Below, piece after piece: positions 8,229 to 17,482 of a stretch of 64,000 bases of DNA. Numbering within the stretch: position 1 is the stretch's first letter; each line of letters opens with the position of its first letter. The position numbers and the translations under genes were made by a program. The stretch lies in NCBI RefSeq assembly GCF_024223415.1, contig NZ_CP100500.1; one strand, 5' to 3'. The notes under the pieces are model-generated. The model was given only the letters and a program-made list of their open reading frames with translations. It was not told the origin of the DNA and made no database searches. This DNA comes from Escherichia coli. GTDB taxonomy: Bacteria > Pseudomonadota > Gammaproteobacteria > Enterobacterales > Enterobacteriaceae.

Positions 8229-10463
8229 ATGAGCACGAGAAAATTCAGAACCCTTATCACCGACATCGGGCTGGCAAAGCTGGCCGCAACAACGGCGCCT
8301 GGCGGTAGACCTGTACGCCTTACGCACATGGCTGTAGGGGACGGCAATGGAGAGCTTCGTCAGCCGCAGAAAAACCAGACATCGCTTTACAATGAGGTTT
8401 GGCGCCAGTCTGTCAACCGCGTCTTCACCGACCCGGAGAACCCGAACCGCCTCATCGCCGAACTGGTCATTCCTCCTGAAACCGGCGGATTCTGGGTGCG
8501 TGAAATTGGTGTGTTTGATGATACAGGTACAATGATTGCAGTAGGAAATACCGCTGAAAGTTACAAGCCCACCAGAGAGGAAGGTTCAGGGCGGGCGCAG
8601 ATATTCCGTGCAGTAATCACCGTCACCTCCGACGCCGTGGTGGAACTGGTCATGGACACAACAACAATTCTGCCGACCACGGACTACATTGATGAGAAAA
8701 TAGCGGAACACGCACGTTCCCGTAACCACCCTGACGCGACACTGACAGAAAAAGGATTCACCCAACTGAGCAGCGCCACAAACAGCACCTCTGAAACACT
8801 GGCCGCCACACCGAAGGCCGTCAAGGCTGCATATGACCTTGCAGCCGGTAAAGCACCCGCCAGCCACACCCACCCGTGGAATCAGATAACAGGTGTGCCA
8901 TCAGCCTCGCTGACGGCAAAAGGCACCGTACAGCTGAGCAGTGCCACAAACAGTGAGTCAGAGACTGAGGCCGCCACCCCCAAAGCGGTTAAAGCCTTAC
9001 ACGATATGGTGACGAGCAAGTATACAGGACAGGATGCAACCACCGGACGCAAAGGCATCGTACAGCTGAGCAGCGCCACAAACAGCAATTCCGAAACACT
9101 GGCGGCCACACCGAAGGCAGTAAGTGATGCACTGAGCATGGCGTTCGTGAAGCCAACAACATCCCTGGGGGAAACAGACCTGAACACTCTGGGGAGTAAG
9201 GAAGACGCGGGAGATTATTACCAGCAGAGTGACTCAGGTGCGAGAACAGACAGAAACTATCCTGTAGAGAAGGCAGGAGAGTTACGCATCCGTGTTGGTG
9301 CATGGGGATTCTGCCAGCATGAATACACGAGCTGGGATCCGCCACGAAAATTTATCAGGACAGTTACCGGAAACTTTAACGGTAACGGCCCATGGTCAGA
9401 GTGGGTGGAGGTGACAAACACAGATGCAACAACTGGACGCAAAGGCATCGTACAGCTGAGCAGCGATACAAACAGCAATTCCGAAACGCTGGCGGCCACA
9501 CCAAGAGCCGTCAAGGCTGCATATGACCTTGCAGCCGGTAAAGCACCCGCCAGCCACACCCACCCGTGGAATCAGATAACAGGTGTGCCATCAGCCTCGC
9601 TGACGGCAAAAGGCACCGTACAGCTGAGCAGTGCCACAAACAGTGAGTCAGAGACTGAGGCCGCCACCCCCAAAGCGGTTAAAGCCTTACACGATATGGT
9701 GACGAGCAAGTATACAGGACAGGATGCAACCACCGGACGCAAAGGCATCGTACAGCTAAGCAGCGCCACAAACAGCAATTCCGAAACGCTGGCGGCCACA
9801 CCAAAAGCTGTTAAAGCTGCGTATGACCTTGCCAACAGCAAAGCCTCGGCAGCCCACACTCATCGCTGGGCTCAGATCACAGACGCCCCTGTTTTTTCGT
9901 CTGTTGCCCGCGTCATCATGGGTAAACAAAGCATAAAAGATATTCTTGATTACCTTGGTTTAGGAGAAGGCTCGACGCTGCCAGTTGGCGTACCCGTTCC
10001 GTGGCCTTCGTCAAGACCACCTGAGGGGTGGTTACAGTGCAACGGTGCCGCATTCACGCGTACAAAATACCCAAAACTGGCGGTGGCCTACCCTGACCTC
10101 AGGCTACCAGATTTGCGCGGGGAATTTATTCGTGGATGGGATGACCTGCGAATGATTGACAGGGGACGCTTATTGTTATCCACACAGGAAGCAACATATA
10201 TTTGTACCGCCATACAGGCGTACCACGGCGTAGCGGGAGGTGCAGATATTCAGGCAGGGATTTCATTTGCATCACATGATAACGACATCATAAACATAAC
10301 CCCTGATCAACCCAGAACCGGTAACGGCATCCTGTACGGCACAAAACCAGTTGACAGATGGGCAATAGCCAGAGCCGGTAAGCTGGTGAGTAATGAAAAA
10401 GACAGATGGATAGCGATCAGACCGCGCAATATCGCTTTTAATTATATTGTGAGGGCAGTTTAA
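8229..10463 (+). CDS. Tail fibre protein (P2 gpH-like) with internal repeats
   Basis: 744 aa; three copies of motif TGRKGIVQLSSATNSNSETLAATPKAVK typical of phage tail-fibre repeats; followed by tail fibre assembly gene. Confidence 0.8.
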   Translation: MSTRKFRTLITDIGLAKLAATTAPGGRPVRLTHMAVGDGNGELRQPQKNQTSLYNEVWRQSVNRVFTDPENPNRLIAELVIPPETGGFWVREIGVFDDTGTMIAVGNTAESYKPTREEGSGRAQIFRAVITVTSDAVVELVMDTTTILPTTDYIDEKIAEHARSRNHPDATLTEKGFTQLSSATNSTSETLAATPKAVKAAYDLAAGKAPASHTHPWNQITGVPSASLTAKGTVQLSSATNSESETEAATPKAVKALHDMVTSKYTGQDATTGRKGIVQLSSATNSNSETLAATPKAVSDALSMAFVKPTTSLGETDLNTLGSKEDAGDYYQQSDSGARTDRNYPVEKAGELRIRVGAWGFCQHEYTSWDPPRKFIRTVTGNFNGNGPWSEWVEVTNTDATTGRKGIVQLSSDTNSNSETLAATPRAVKAAYDLAAGKAPASHTHPWNQITGVPSASLTAKGTVQLSSATNSESETEAATPKAVKALHDMVTSKYTGQDATTGRKGIVQLSSATNSNSETLAATPKAVKAAYDLANSKASAAHTHRWAQITDAPVFSSVARVIMGKQSIKDILDYLGLGEGSTLPVGVPVPWPSSRPPEGWLQCNGAAFTRTKYPKLAVAYPDLRLPDLRGEFIRGWDDLRMIDRGRLLLSTQEATYICTAIQAYHGVAGGADIQAGISFASHDNDIINITPDQPRTGNGILYGTKPVDRWAIARAGKLVSNEKDRWIAIRPRNIAFNYIVRAV
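8817..9067 (+). repeat. Direct repeat copy 1 inside tail fibre gene (identical to 9507-9757)
   Basis: Lines 8821-9060 are base-for-base identical to 9511-9750; offset 690 bp, in frame. Confidence 0.9.
9507..9757 (+). repeat. Direct repeat copy 2 inside tail fibre gene
   Basis: Same as above; first mismatch at about 9758. Confidence 0.9.
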
Positions 10464-11074
10464 TGAGTAACACTGCAGTTCTGGATGAAAACGGTATCGC
10501 CACTTTCGCAGGCGATATCACTGTATATCACTATGATGAGGAAACCCGGGAATACACCTCATCCTCTGTGGAGTATCTGGCCCTGGGGGTGGGTACCCCG
10601 GCACATTCATGCGCCGATGCCCCGCCAGAGGCAATGCCGGGTTACGTGATTTGCCGGACGTCCACGCTGGACGGGTGGGAGTATGTCCCCGATCATCGTG
10701 GAGAGACGGTATACAGCACAGAGAACGGTAATCCGGTCCAGATTACCCAACCAGGTGACTACCCGGAAGGGACAACGACAAAACAGCCTGCCACACCATG
10801 GGATACCTGGAACGGTGAGGCGTGGGTAACCGATACAGAACGGCAGCAAGCCGAAGAGCTGGAGGTTGCCAGACAGCAACGCAAGGAACGGGTGGATCAG
10901 GCGATGAAGTCCATCGACCTCATCAACCTTAAGTTGCGGGCAGGTCGCAGTCTGACACCAGAAGAAACGGCAAAACTGAATGCCGTGCTGGATTATATCG
11001 ACGAGCTGAACGCACTGGATATCAGCACGGAGCCTGAAATAAGCTGGCCGGAAACACCACCAGAAATGGAATGA
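10463..11074 (+). CDS. Tail fibre assembly protein (Tfa/gpG-like)
   Basis: 203 aa immediately after tail fibre gene (ATG overlaps stop). Confidence 0.65.
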   Translation: MSNTAVLDENGIATFAGDITVYHYDEETREYTSSSVEYLALGVGTPAHSCADAPPEAMPGYVICRTSTLDGWEYVPDHRGETVYSTENGNPVQITQPGDYPEGTTTKQPATPWDTWNGEAWVTDTERQQAEELEVARQQRKERVDQAMKSIDLINLKLRAGRSLTPEETAKLNAVLDYIDELNALDISTEPEISWPETPPEME

Positions 11075-11117
11075 GCGGGGAAAAGGAACGGGCATTCATA
11101 AATAATTCATCATGCAG

Positions 11118-11137
11118 GTGCCGCAAGAATGCGGCAC
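11118..11137. terminator. Hairpin between convergent G-like and U-like genes
   Basis: Perfect inverted repeat gtgccgca agaa tgcggcac in the 70-bp gap between convergent genes. Confidence 0.3.
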
Positions 11138-11144
11138 ATTACCT

Positions 11145-11633
11145 TCACATCAGATCATTTACGCCGCTTACTGTGGTATTCCAGACCGAACTTAACTTCC
11201 CTTTCATTCCCGAAAGCATATCAGACACCGGTGACGAGGCCATACTCTCCCGCAAATCCTCATCACAGCGTTCCAGACTGACAGTGAACTCAATTTTTTT
11301 GGCCTTACCGTGGCGGTCAAGTTCGCTTCGCGTTGTGCGGACAGCCGTTATCACATACATGCCGTATATCTGCCCCACACCGTCAATCAGCGGCCATGGG
11401 CGACCAGTGTAAGCCTGCGTCGTTAAAAGGCTGAGGGAAACCTCACCGCCGGTAATTTCGGGATAAAGCACACCGGACAACGTGATCTGGTCGTCACCCG
11501 CCCCGATATACTGCCAGCTGGCCGAACGATTGATGCGTTCATTTTTAACGTGGCGCCAGGTTTTATTATGTTGCAGTTGTTGATGAGGCAGCGTACGCAA
11601 CTCAAAAACAAACATGCCGTAAATCATCATCAT
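11145..11633 (-). CDS. Tail protein U (P2 gpU-like)
   Basis: 162 aa; downstream of tape measure gene on minus strand. Confidence 0.6.
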   Translation of the reverse strand: MMMIYGMFVFELRTLPHQQLQHNKTWRHVKNERINRSASWQYIGAGDDQITLSGVLYPEITGGEVSLSLLTTQAYTGRPWPLIDGVGQIYGMYVITAVRTTRSELDRHGKAKKIEFTVSLERCDEDLRESMASSPVSDMLSGMKGKLSSVWNTTVSGVNDLM

Positions 11634-11644
11634 GCGAGGTACTC

Positions 11645-14600
11645 CTAATCTCTGTCACGGAAACTACCGACTGTCTGGCGGATACGGCGTTCCATTTCCG
11701 CACGGACGGCATCACCCACCATTTTTGCCAGTTCGCGCGGGTTTTGCGTGTGAACATCATGCAGGTGAATATGCAGTTCGCCAGTTAATCCCCATGGTGC
11801 CGCCTCACTCTGGCGCGGTCGGGGCGATGCGGGGGATATGGGCTGGCGCACAGCCTCAACCACCGGACGGGATGTTGCCGCCATCACTGGTGTCATTAGC
11901 GGGGAGAACGTCGGCATGACATCGTGAGTCATAACCGGTTTGATCACCGGCGGAACCACTGGCGTAATATTACCGGACAGTACCGGACGGACGACCGGAG
12001 GAATAACCGGCACATTATTCACGGACACCACCGGCTTCACGACCGGCGACACGTTCGCCGTGGTGGATATCAGCGGCGAAACACTGACAGGCGGTGGCGC
12101 TGGCAGCGGTGGCAACGAAGGCACACTGACCGACGGCACCTGCGGCAGTCTGACAGGTGGCTCACTGACACTACCCGGTAACAGGGAAGCTGCGCGGTTA
12201 AAGCGTTCCTCCTTCCACTCACCACGAACGGCCAGCGCTTCCGGCAGGTTTTTAAAGATAATATCGCCGGGACCAGCGCGTTTTTTCGCCTGTTTCGCCT
12301 CATCCAGCAGACCACCGGTGTTATCGACGATTTTGTTCAGGCGGCGCATAGTGCCGGTATTCTCCCCCGTCAGGGGTGGTTGCCCCCCTTTGGGTTTTTC
12401 GCCGTATTTTTTATCCTCGTCCTTTTTCGGCGGATTAATGACGTTAACATCCGCCAGAAGCATGGCAGCTTTCTCGTTCAGCAACTCCTTCTGTTTTAGT
12501 TCTTCCGCTTTTTTCCGGGCGCGCTCAACCGCTGACGGAATCAGCCCGAGTTTTTCCAGCACCCGGGTTAATGAGTCAATCAGCAGCGTAACCGGACCGG
12601 TCACCAGATTGCTGATAAACTCCCCGACCTTCTGCCCGAACGTCCGCCCGGCTTCCGTGCACTTGTCCAGCTCATCCTTTGTTGTGCTTACCGGCGCGAA
12701 CAAATCCACGAACCACTGCCACACACGCCCGATTGTCTGCCCGACATACTCAAACAATGGTCCCAGTGGTGCCACAGCCTCGCGCAGTGGCGTAAGCCCC
12801 TGCCACAGGCCGGACAAGAACCCGCCCACGACAGCCTTCAGCTGGTCCCAGTGCCGCCAGATAAGCACTGCCGCACCGACCAGTGTCGCCACCACAAGGC
12901 CCACCGGACTTAACAGAAAACCCAGCGCCCCGCCAAGTGCGCCCACCGCACCACTCACCATCCCCCACAGTGCGGGCAGACCTGACAGTCTGAGCGCCAG
13001 TATTCCGATACCGCGCCCCAGTGAAATCAGTGCGCCGCCAGGTGAAGTGAACGCAGCCAGCAGACCACCACGCAGCGCGCCAAGTCCCGCCTGCACACCA
13101 CGAAGCCGCCCCGCAACTACGCCCAGCAGTGCAGCAAACCGTCCGGCACCGGAGGTGATACCGACAAACAGCACGCGCCAGCCACCGATACCGCCCAGCG
13201 GACCACCGAGTACGCCGCGCAGCTGCGTCAGTAACGGCAGCGCACGACCGAGGCCGGATGTGCCGGTCAGCAGGGCAAACCCAAGACGCAGTTTTGCCAG
13301 CGGCCCCATCAACACACCAGTGGCAAGTGACAGCGCCCCCATGGCCGCAACCGCAGCCAGCAGTACACCACCGGCAATCAGCAGTTGTTTTGTCAGTTCA
13401 GGGTGCGCCTGAGCCAGCGCGGTGACTTTCGCAATAACCCGGGTGAACGACTGCGTGACAGAACGCAGCGGCCCGTCAACGAGGTCAGCGATACGGATAC
13501 GCAGTCCTTCCCATGCGCTGTTCAGTGATTTCAGGTCACCGTCCAGGTTATCAACCATAACACGGGCAGTCTGATTAAGTTCCCCGGTGGCCAGTTCAAT
13601 CTCCTGCGTAAGACGGGGAAGATTATTTTCCCCCGCCGCAGTGACAAGATTCATCAGGGAAACATAGGACTCCTGCCCGGCAATAGCCCTGAAAAAGGAG
13701 ACCTGCGCGGCATTACCGTATTTTCGGGTGGCCTGGTACAGCTCATTCAGGATATTTTCCATCCGGCGCATGTTCCCGTAAGCATCCTGCGTCTCCACGC
13801 CAAGCTCTTTCAGTGCCATTGCAGCGGCCTTCGGCGGATCAACCAGACGTGACAGACTGGCACGCAGCGCCGTACCTGCATCACTTCCACGGATCCCCAC
13901 ACTGCCAAGGACACCCGTCATGGCTGCCGCCTGTTCAAGGGACAGGCCAAGTGAAGCTGCAACCGGCCCCGTGTACTTCATGGTTTCACCCAGCGAACGG
14001 AGATCCGTATTGGTTCGTGTGAAGGTGGCGGCCAGCGTGTCACCCACGCGATCCATCTGGTCAGCGGACAGACCAAACTGTGTGAGGATATTCGAACTGA
14101 TATCGGCAGTCTGTCCCAGGTCCATCCCTGCAGCCATTGCCAGATCAAGCACGCCGGGTAGCGCCGCCTGTATGGCCTGTGGTGTGAAGCTGGCCATGGC
14201 AAGGAACGCCTGACCGCTGGCAGCATCACCGGCGGTAAACTGCGTTTCAGAGCCCAGCTTAATGGCCTGTTCGCGCAGCGCCTTAAACTGCGGACTGTTT
14301 TTGTCAATACGGGTCAGCGCCTGGACGCGCGACATCTCCTTACCAAAACTGACCGCCGGTTGCAGGAAACGTCCGGCCGCATAGCCGCCTGCCGCCGCCG
14401 TACCAACCGCCGTAAGTCCGACCGTTTTAAGTTTTCCCGCCGTCTCCTGAGCACGGGAATATTGCTGGCGTGCCTGCGTGACACGTGCCAGCGCCTGCCG
14501 TTCGCGTTCCAGCTGGTCGTTGTATTGCTGTGTTCGCCGTATGGCCTGTTGAATGGTGTTGTCACTGCCGGAAAGCGCAATACCGTGGCGCCGCAGCTCA

Positions 14601-14992
14601 CCACCCAGTTCGCGCATTCGCTGAACTTCACGCGCACGGACCTCATTGAGACGCTCAAGTTTGAGGCTCAAATCGTTCATCAGCTTTTTCTGTTTGTCAG
14701 ACAGCACGGTTCCGGCGCGCTGAATTTGCTGAAGTGCGCTTAACTGGCGTTGCGCCCTGACAATGCCGTTTCCGGCCTTGTTTGCAGCCTCGCGGGCGCG
14801 ATCAAATGAACGGGCGTGGCGTTCCAGGTTTTTGATCGCACCCTGCGTTCTCTGTATGGAGTCGCCAAGCTGGCCCATCATGCGACGGGCGTTTTCGGTG
14901 GGACGGGTCAGCCTGTCAACAGCGCTGAAGGCGACCCGTATATCAAGCGTTTTCATGCTCTGCGTTCCCGCTGCGAAGGGCCGCCCGCTCAC
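11645..14992 (-). CDS. Tail tape measure protein (P2 gpT-like), with Pro/Val-rich C-terminal repeats
   Basis: 1115-aa ORF, long helical Ala/Gly-rich regions; alternative ATG start at 14956. Confidence 0.8.
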   Translation of the reverse strand: MSGRPFAAGTQSMKTLDIRVAFSAVDRLTRPTENARRMMGQLGDSIQRTQGAIKNLERHARSFDRAREAANKAGNGIVRAQRQLSALQQIQRAGTVLSDKQKKLMNDLSLKLERLNEVRAREVQRMRELGGELRRHGIALSGSDNTIQQAIRRTQQYNDQLERERQALARVTQARQQYSRAQETAGKLKTVGLTAVGTAAAGGYAAGRFLQPAVSFGKEMSRVQALTRIDKNSPQFKALREQAIKLGSETQFTAGDAASGQAFLAMASFTPQAIQAALPGVLDLAMAAGMDLGQTADISSNILTQFGLSADQMDRVGDTLAATFTRTNTDLRSLGETMKYTGPVAASLGLSLEQAAAMTGVLGSVGIRGSDAGTALRASLSRLVDPPKAAAMALKELGVETQDAYGNMRRMENILNELYQATRKYGNAAQVSFFRAIAGQESYVSLMNLVTAAGENNLPRLTQEIELATGELNQTARVMVDNLDGDLKSLNSAWEGLRIRIADLVDGPLRSVTQSFTRVIAKVTALAQAHPELTKQLLIAGGVLLAAVAAMGALSLATGVLMGPLAKLRLGFALLTGTSGLGRALPLLTQLRGVLGGPLGGIGGWRVLFVGITSGAGRFAALLGVVAGRLRGVQAGLGALRGGLLAAFTSPGGALISLGRGIGILALRLSGLPALWGMVSGAVGALGGALGFLLSPVGLVVATLVGAAVLIWRHWDQLKAVVGGFLSGLWQGLTPLREAVAPLGPLFEYVGQTIGRVWQWFVDLFAPVSTTKDELDKCTEAGRTFGQKVGEFISNLVTGPVTLLIDSLTRVLEKLGLIPSAVERARKKAEELKQKELLNEKAAMLLADVNVINPPKKDEDKKYGEKPKGGQPPLTGENTGTMRRLNKIVDNTGGLLDEAKQAKKRAGPGDIIFKNLPEALAVRGEWKEERFNRAASLLPGSVSEPPVRLPQVPSVSVPSLPPLPAPPPVSVSPLISTTANVSPVVKPVVSVNNVPVIPPVVRPVLSGNITPVVPPVIKPVMTHDVMPTFSPLMTPVMAATSRPVVEAVRQPISPASPRPRQSEAAPWGLTGELHIHLHDVHTQNPRELAKMVGDAVRAEMERRIRQTVGSFRDRD

Positions 14993-15469
14993 GCCAGGCG
15001 ACCACCTCGCCGGGATCCATCAGGAAGATTTCAGCGGGAGACCAGTTGAAAATAACGGCGATATCCGCCACAAAGTCTTCAATGTGCTCAAAGGGCACGA
15101 CGGTTATCAGCCTGCCGTCGCCGCCCCGCTCTTCCCGCCAGAGTCCTGACCGGCCAAAAAATTAACCGCCACCCCGCACAGCTGAATAAAATCAGCGGAC
15201 CCCATGCGCTTAAGCAGAACCTCGTCCAGTCGCGGCGAAGTGACGCGCGGGAGTAACTCAAACATCGCGTCCGTTTTCATGTTCAGCACGTCAAGCAGTG
15301 ACAGCCCGCGCAGTGAACCGGCCTGCTGTACAGCAGGCGTGATTTCCACATACGTGATTTTTTTGTTACCGAGCACAAGGGGCGTTTTCAGCGTCACGCC
15401 GCGCTCACTGGTCACGTCCGCCGCATCAGCACCGTCAGTAACAGGGGCAACAACCGGATTTTCTTTCAT
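14943..15469 (-). CDS. Tail assembly chaperone E+E' (predicted -1 frameshift product)
   Basis: After slip at T TTT TTG the -1 frame stays open for about 65 codons to TGA near 14943, overlapping tape measure start. Confidence 0.4.
15107..15469 (-). CDS. Tail assembly chaperone E (P2 gpE-like)
   Basis: 120-aa ORF between tube and tape measure genes. Confidence 0.6.
   Translation of the reverse strand: MKENPVVAPVTDGADAADVTSERGVTLKTPLVLGNKKITYVEITPAVQQAGSLRGLSLLDVLNMKTDAMFELLPRVTSPRLDEVLLKRMGSADFIQLCGVAVNFLAGQDSGGKSGAATAG
15155..15161 (-). other. Slippery heptamer T TTT TTG (programmed -1 frameshift site)
   Basis: Plus strand caaaaaa = minus ttttttg, in phase X XXY YYZ with codons N-F-L of chaperone E. 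Confidence 0.5.
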
Positions 15470-15519
15470 GCATAAAACCTCAAATCAGGGGGCGACGCCG
15501 CGCGCCGCCGTGGGAAACA

Positions 15520-16038
15520 TTAACCACCAAGACCAATCGCCGAGCGCACGCGGTCCGGGAAGACGTTTTTGCCGTCCTTGCGTTCGATGTGGTTCAGTAA
15601 ATCAATCTCCAGCACCGGACGGTCGTTAATGCTGAGTTTGTAGTAGGTACTCCTGACCGCATAGGTGTGAGACGTGACCTCACCCTGTTTTGCCTCCCCC
15701 GTATCAATTTCCGTCACGCGGCCGCGAAGCTCAATTTCATACAGGTCGCTCTGCTCTTCATCGTTGTAGTACTCACCGACAAAGCGCAGCAGCGTACCGT
15801 CGATCGTGCCGCCGTACTTAAGGAACAGTTCGCGGGTCGGCCCGCCCATGGTGAAACTCGCATCCAGCGCGCCGTCATCCAGACCAAGGTCGATATTCAC
15901 CGCGCCGGCCATACCACCACCGCGATAGGCTTCCGTTTTACGGGTCAGTTTGGGGGGCGTGAAGCCGGTCACCCTGCCAATCTGGTTCACCCCGTCAGTA
16001 AACAGCGTGAACACCCTGAGATTTTTTGGTACGGCCAT
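15520..16038 (-). CDS. Major tail tube protein (P2 gpFII-like)
   Basis: 172 aa, immediately downstream of sheath gene (TAATG overlap). Confidence 0.8.
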   Translation of the reverse strand: MAVPKNLRVFTLFTDGVNQIGRVTGFTPPKLTRKTEAYRGGGMAGAVNIDLGLDDGALDASFTMGGPTRELFLKYGGTIDGTLLRFVGEYYNDEEQSDLYEIELRGRVTEIDTGEAKQGEVTSHTYAVRSTYYKLSINDRPVLEIDLLNHIERKDGKNVFPDRVRSAIGLGG

Positions 16039-17321
16039 TAAGCACCTCCAAGCGTCGCAAATGCAGGACCAAAGAATTCATCAGTAAACGTCTGGTAAAG
16101 TTCCATATCCTCAAGCGGCGGAACGGGCGTGTACTTGTAGCGGATACGCACGCGTCCCTGACGAAGTTCCGTGGTGCTGTTATCCACCACGTCATACCAG
16201 CACTCCGCACCAATGAGACGTCCTGACGTAACCAGCGCATCCAGTTTTGCGCGAATTGCGCTTAACACGTCTTTCACATTAGCAGGGGTCAGCGGGGCAT
16301 CAATCGTTTCAAACTGCGCTTCCGCAATGGAATCAGCCAGCACCTGAGCGGTTCGCGTGTACACCTCAAAGATATACGCCTTCGTTTCCGGCGTACGGTT
16401 GCCCCAGAAGCGGAAACCGTTACGGCAAATGATGGTAGTGATTTCCTTGTTGTTGAGATTGTTGGCATCGCTGTCTTCGGACTGAAGGGACCAGAACACC
16501 GGGCTGGAAATACCCAGCACATTTGTTACCGGCACGTTGGACAGCGATTTATGCCAGCCCTGTTCGTGGTCAATACGTGCACGTAAACCGCAGGCGTACG
16601 CCGCAGCCGGGAAGACCTCATTAGCGCCGGATTTCGGGTTATAGGCGATGAAGTCAGGCCAGAGCAGCATAAGTTCGCGCTCGTTAAATCTGGCGCGGTA
16701 GCTGATTGCATCAGCGGGCTTCTTGCAGTTGTGACAGCCCGCGTAGACAAATGCGCGAAGTTTTTCTGCAATTACACACAGGGATTTTGTGACAGCTTCA
16801 GTATCCAGTCCGGGAGCTGCGATGATGCGCGGACGGTAACCGATGGCATCATCCTGTTCAGCTATCAGAAGTGCATACATACCGGTATAATTACCGTCGC
16901 CATCCGTGCCACCAATGACATACTGGTCCTGCGTTTTGTGTGGGTATACAGGATGTGCATCTTCAGACTCATCAATACCAAAAAATGCCCTGTCTTCAGG
17001 ATCCAGATGACCGAATGATGTAACTCCTGTATCCGGGGCGCCCTGAGAACTGGTATCAGGAACGCGCACCACAATCACCTTCGTGCTCACCTGGTCGGCG
17101 ACAGCCTTAAGCGATTTGTAAAGCGTCCCCTTTGTGCCGGCCTTACCCAGCACATCACTGACGCGGGTCAGCAGTGTGGGTTTGTTCAGCGGGAACAGAG
17201 TTTCATCCGCGTCATCTGCCGTAGCCACAATACCAATAACACTGGAATCCACATCATTAATGGCGGTGGCAAGGCCGGTACTTTCCCTTACGCGCGCACC
17301 ATGAAAGCGTGTTTCACTCAT
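16038..17321 (-). CDS. Tail sheath protein (P2 gpFI-like)
   Basis: 427 aa from ATG at 17321 (MSETRFHGARV...); track ORF extends further upstream without support. Confidence 0.8.
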   Translation of the reverse strand: MSETRFHGARVRESTGLATAINDVDSSVIGIVATADDADETLFPLNKPTLLTRVSDVLGKAGTKGTLYKSLKAVADQVSTKVIVVRVPDTSSQGAPDTGVTSFGHLDPEDRAFFGIDESEDAHPVYPHKTQDQYVIGGTDGDGNYTGMYALLIAEQDDAIGYRPRIIAAPGLDTEAVTKSLCVIAEKLRAFVYAGCHNCKKPADAISYRARFNERELMLLWPDFIAYNPKSGANEVFPAAAYACGLRARIDHEQGWHKSLSNVPVTNVLGISSPVFWSLQSEDSDANNLNNKEITTIICRNGFRFWGNRTPETKAYIFEVYTRTAQVLADSIAEAQFETIDAPLTPANVKDVLSAIRAKLDALVTSGRLIGAECWYDVVDNSTTELRQGRVRIRYKYTPVPPLEDMELYQTFTDEFFGPAFATLGGA

Positions 17322-17433
17322 ATGTTTCACCCTTGTCTGGCTGGTTGATTTTGCGTAATCATTACCCACACACGCGGTAATCTCACCCCTTTGATGTTGT
17401 CTCCTGACAGCGACAACAAAACAGCCATTCAAC

Positions 17434-17451
17434 GCCGCTGCGGTGCATGAA
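17434..17451 (-). promoter_or_regulatory. TGT-N12-ACA dyad, candidate Ogr-dependent late promoter element for the sheath operon
   Basis: tgtCTCCTGACAGCGaca, centre about 55 nt upstream of a transcript start that would give a roughly 65-nt leader to the sheath ATG. Confidence 0.35.
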
Positions 17452-17482
17452 ACCATTACAGAACGCACCAGGAGAGAACACC

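Noticed and set aside
8586-9859. Minus-strand ORFs 8882-9187 and 9572-9859 with near-identical products, plus 8586-8873, 8989-9345, 9257-9559
   Set aside because: They mirror the direct DNA repeat inside the tail fibre gene; identity reflects the duplication, not a gene family.
11940-13412. 490-aa plus-strand ORF, and others at 11924-12181 and 13813-14213, inside the tape measure gene
   Set aside because: Antisense to a 1115-aa gene with clear phage context; low-complexity Ser/Thr/Pro/Gly composition typical of open frames opposite GC-rich coding DNA.
16038-17468. Track's 476-aa extent for the tail sheath gene
   Set aside because: The first 49 codons lack sheath-like sequence and run into the divergent promoter region; ATG at 17321 (MSETRF...) gives a 427-aa product of expected size.
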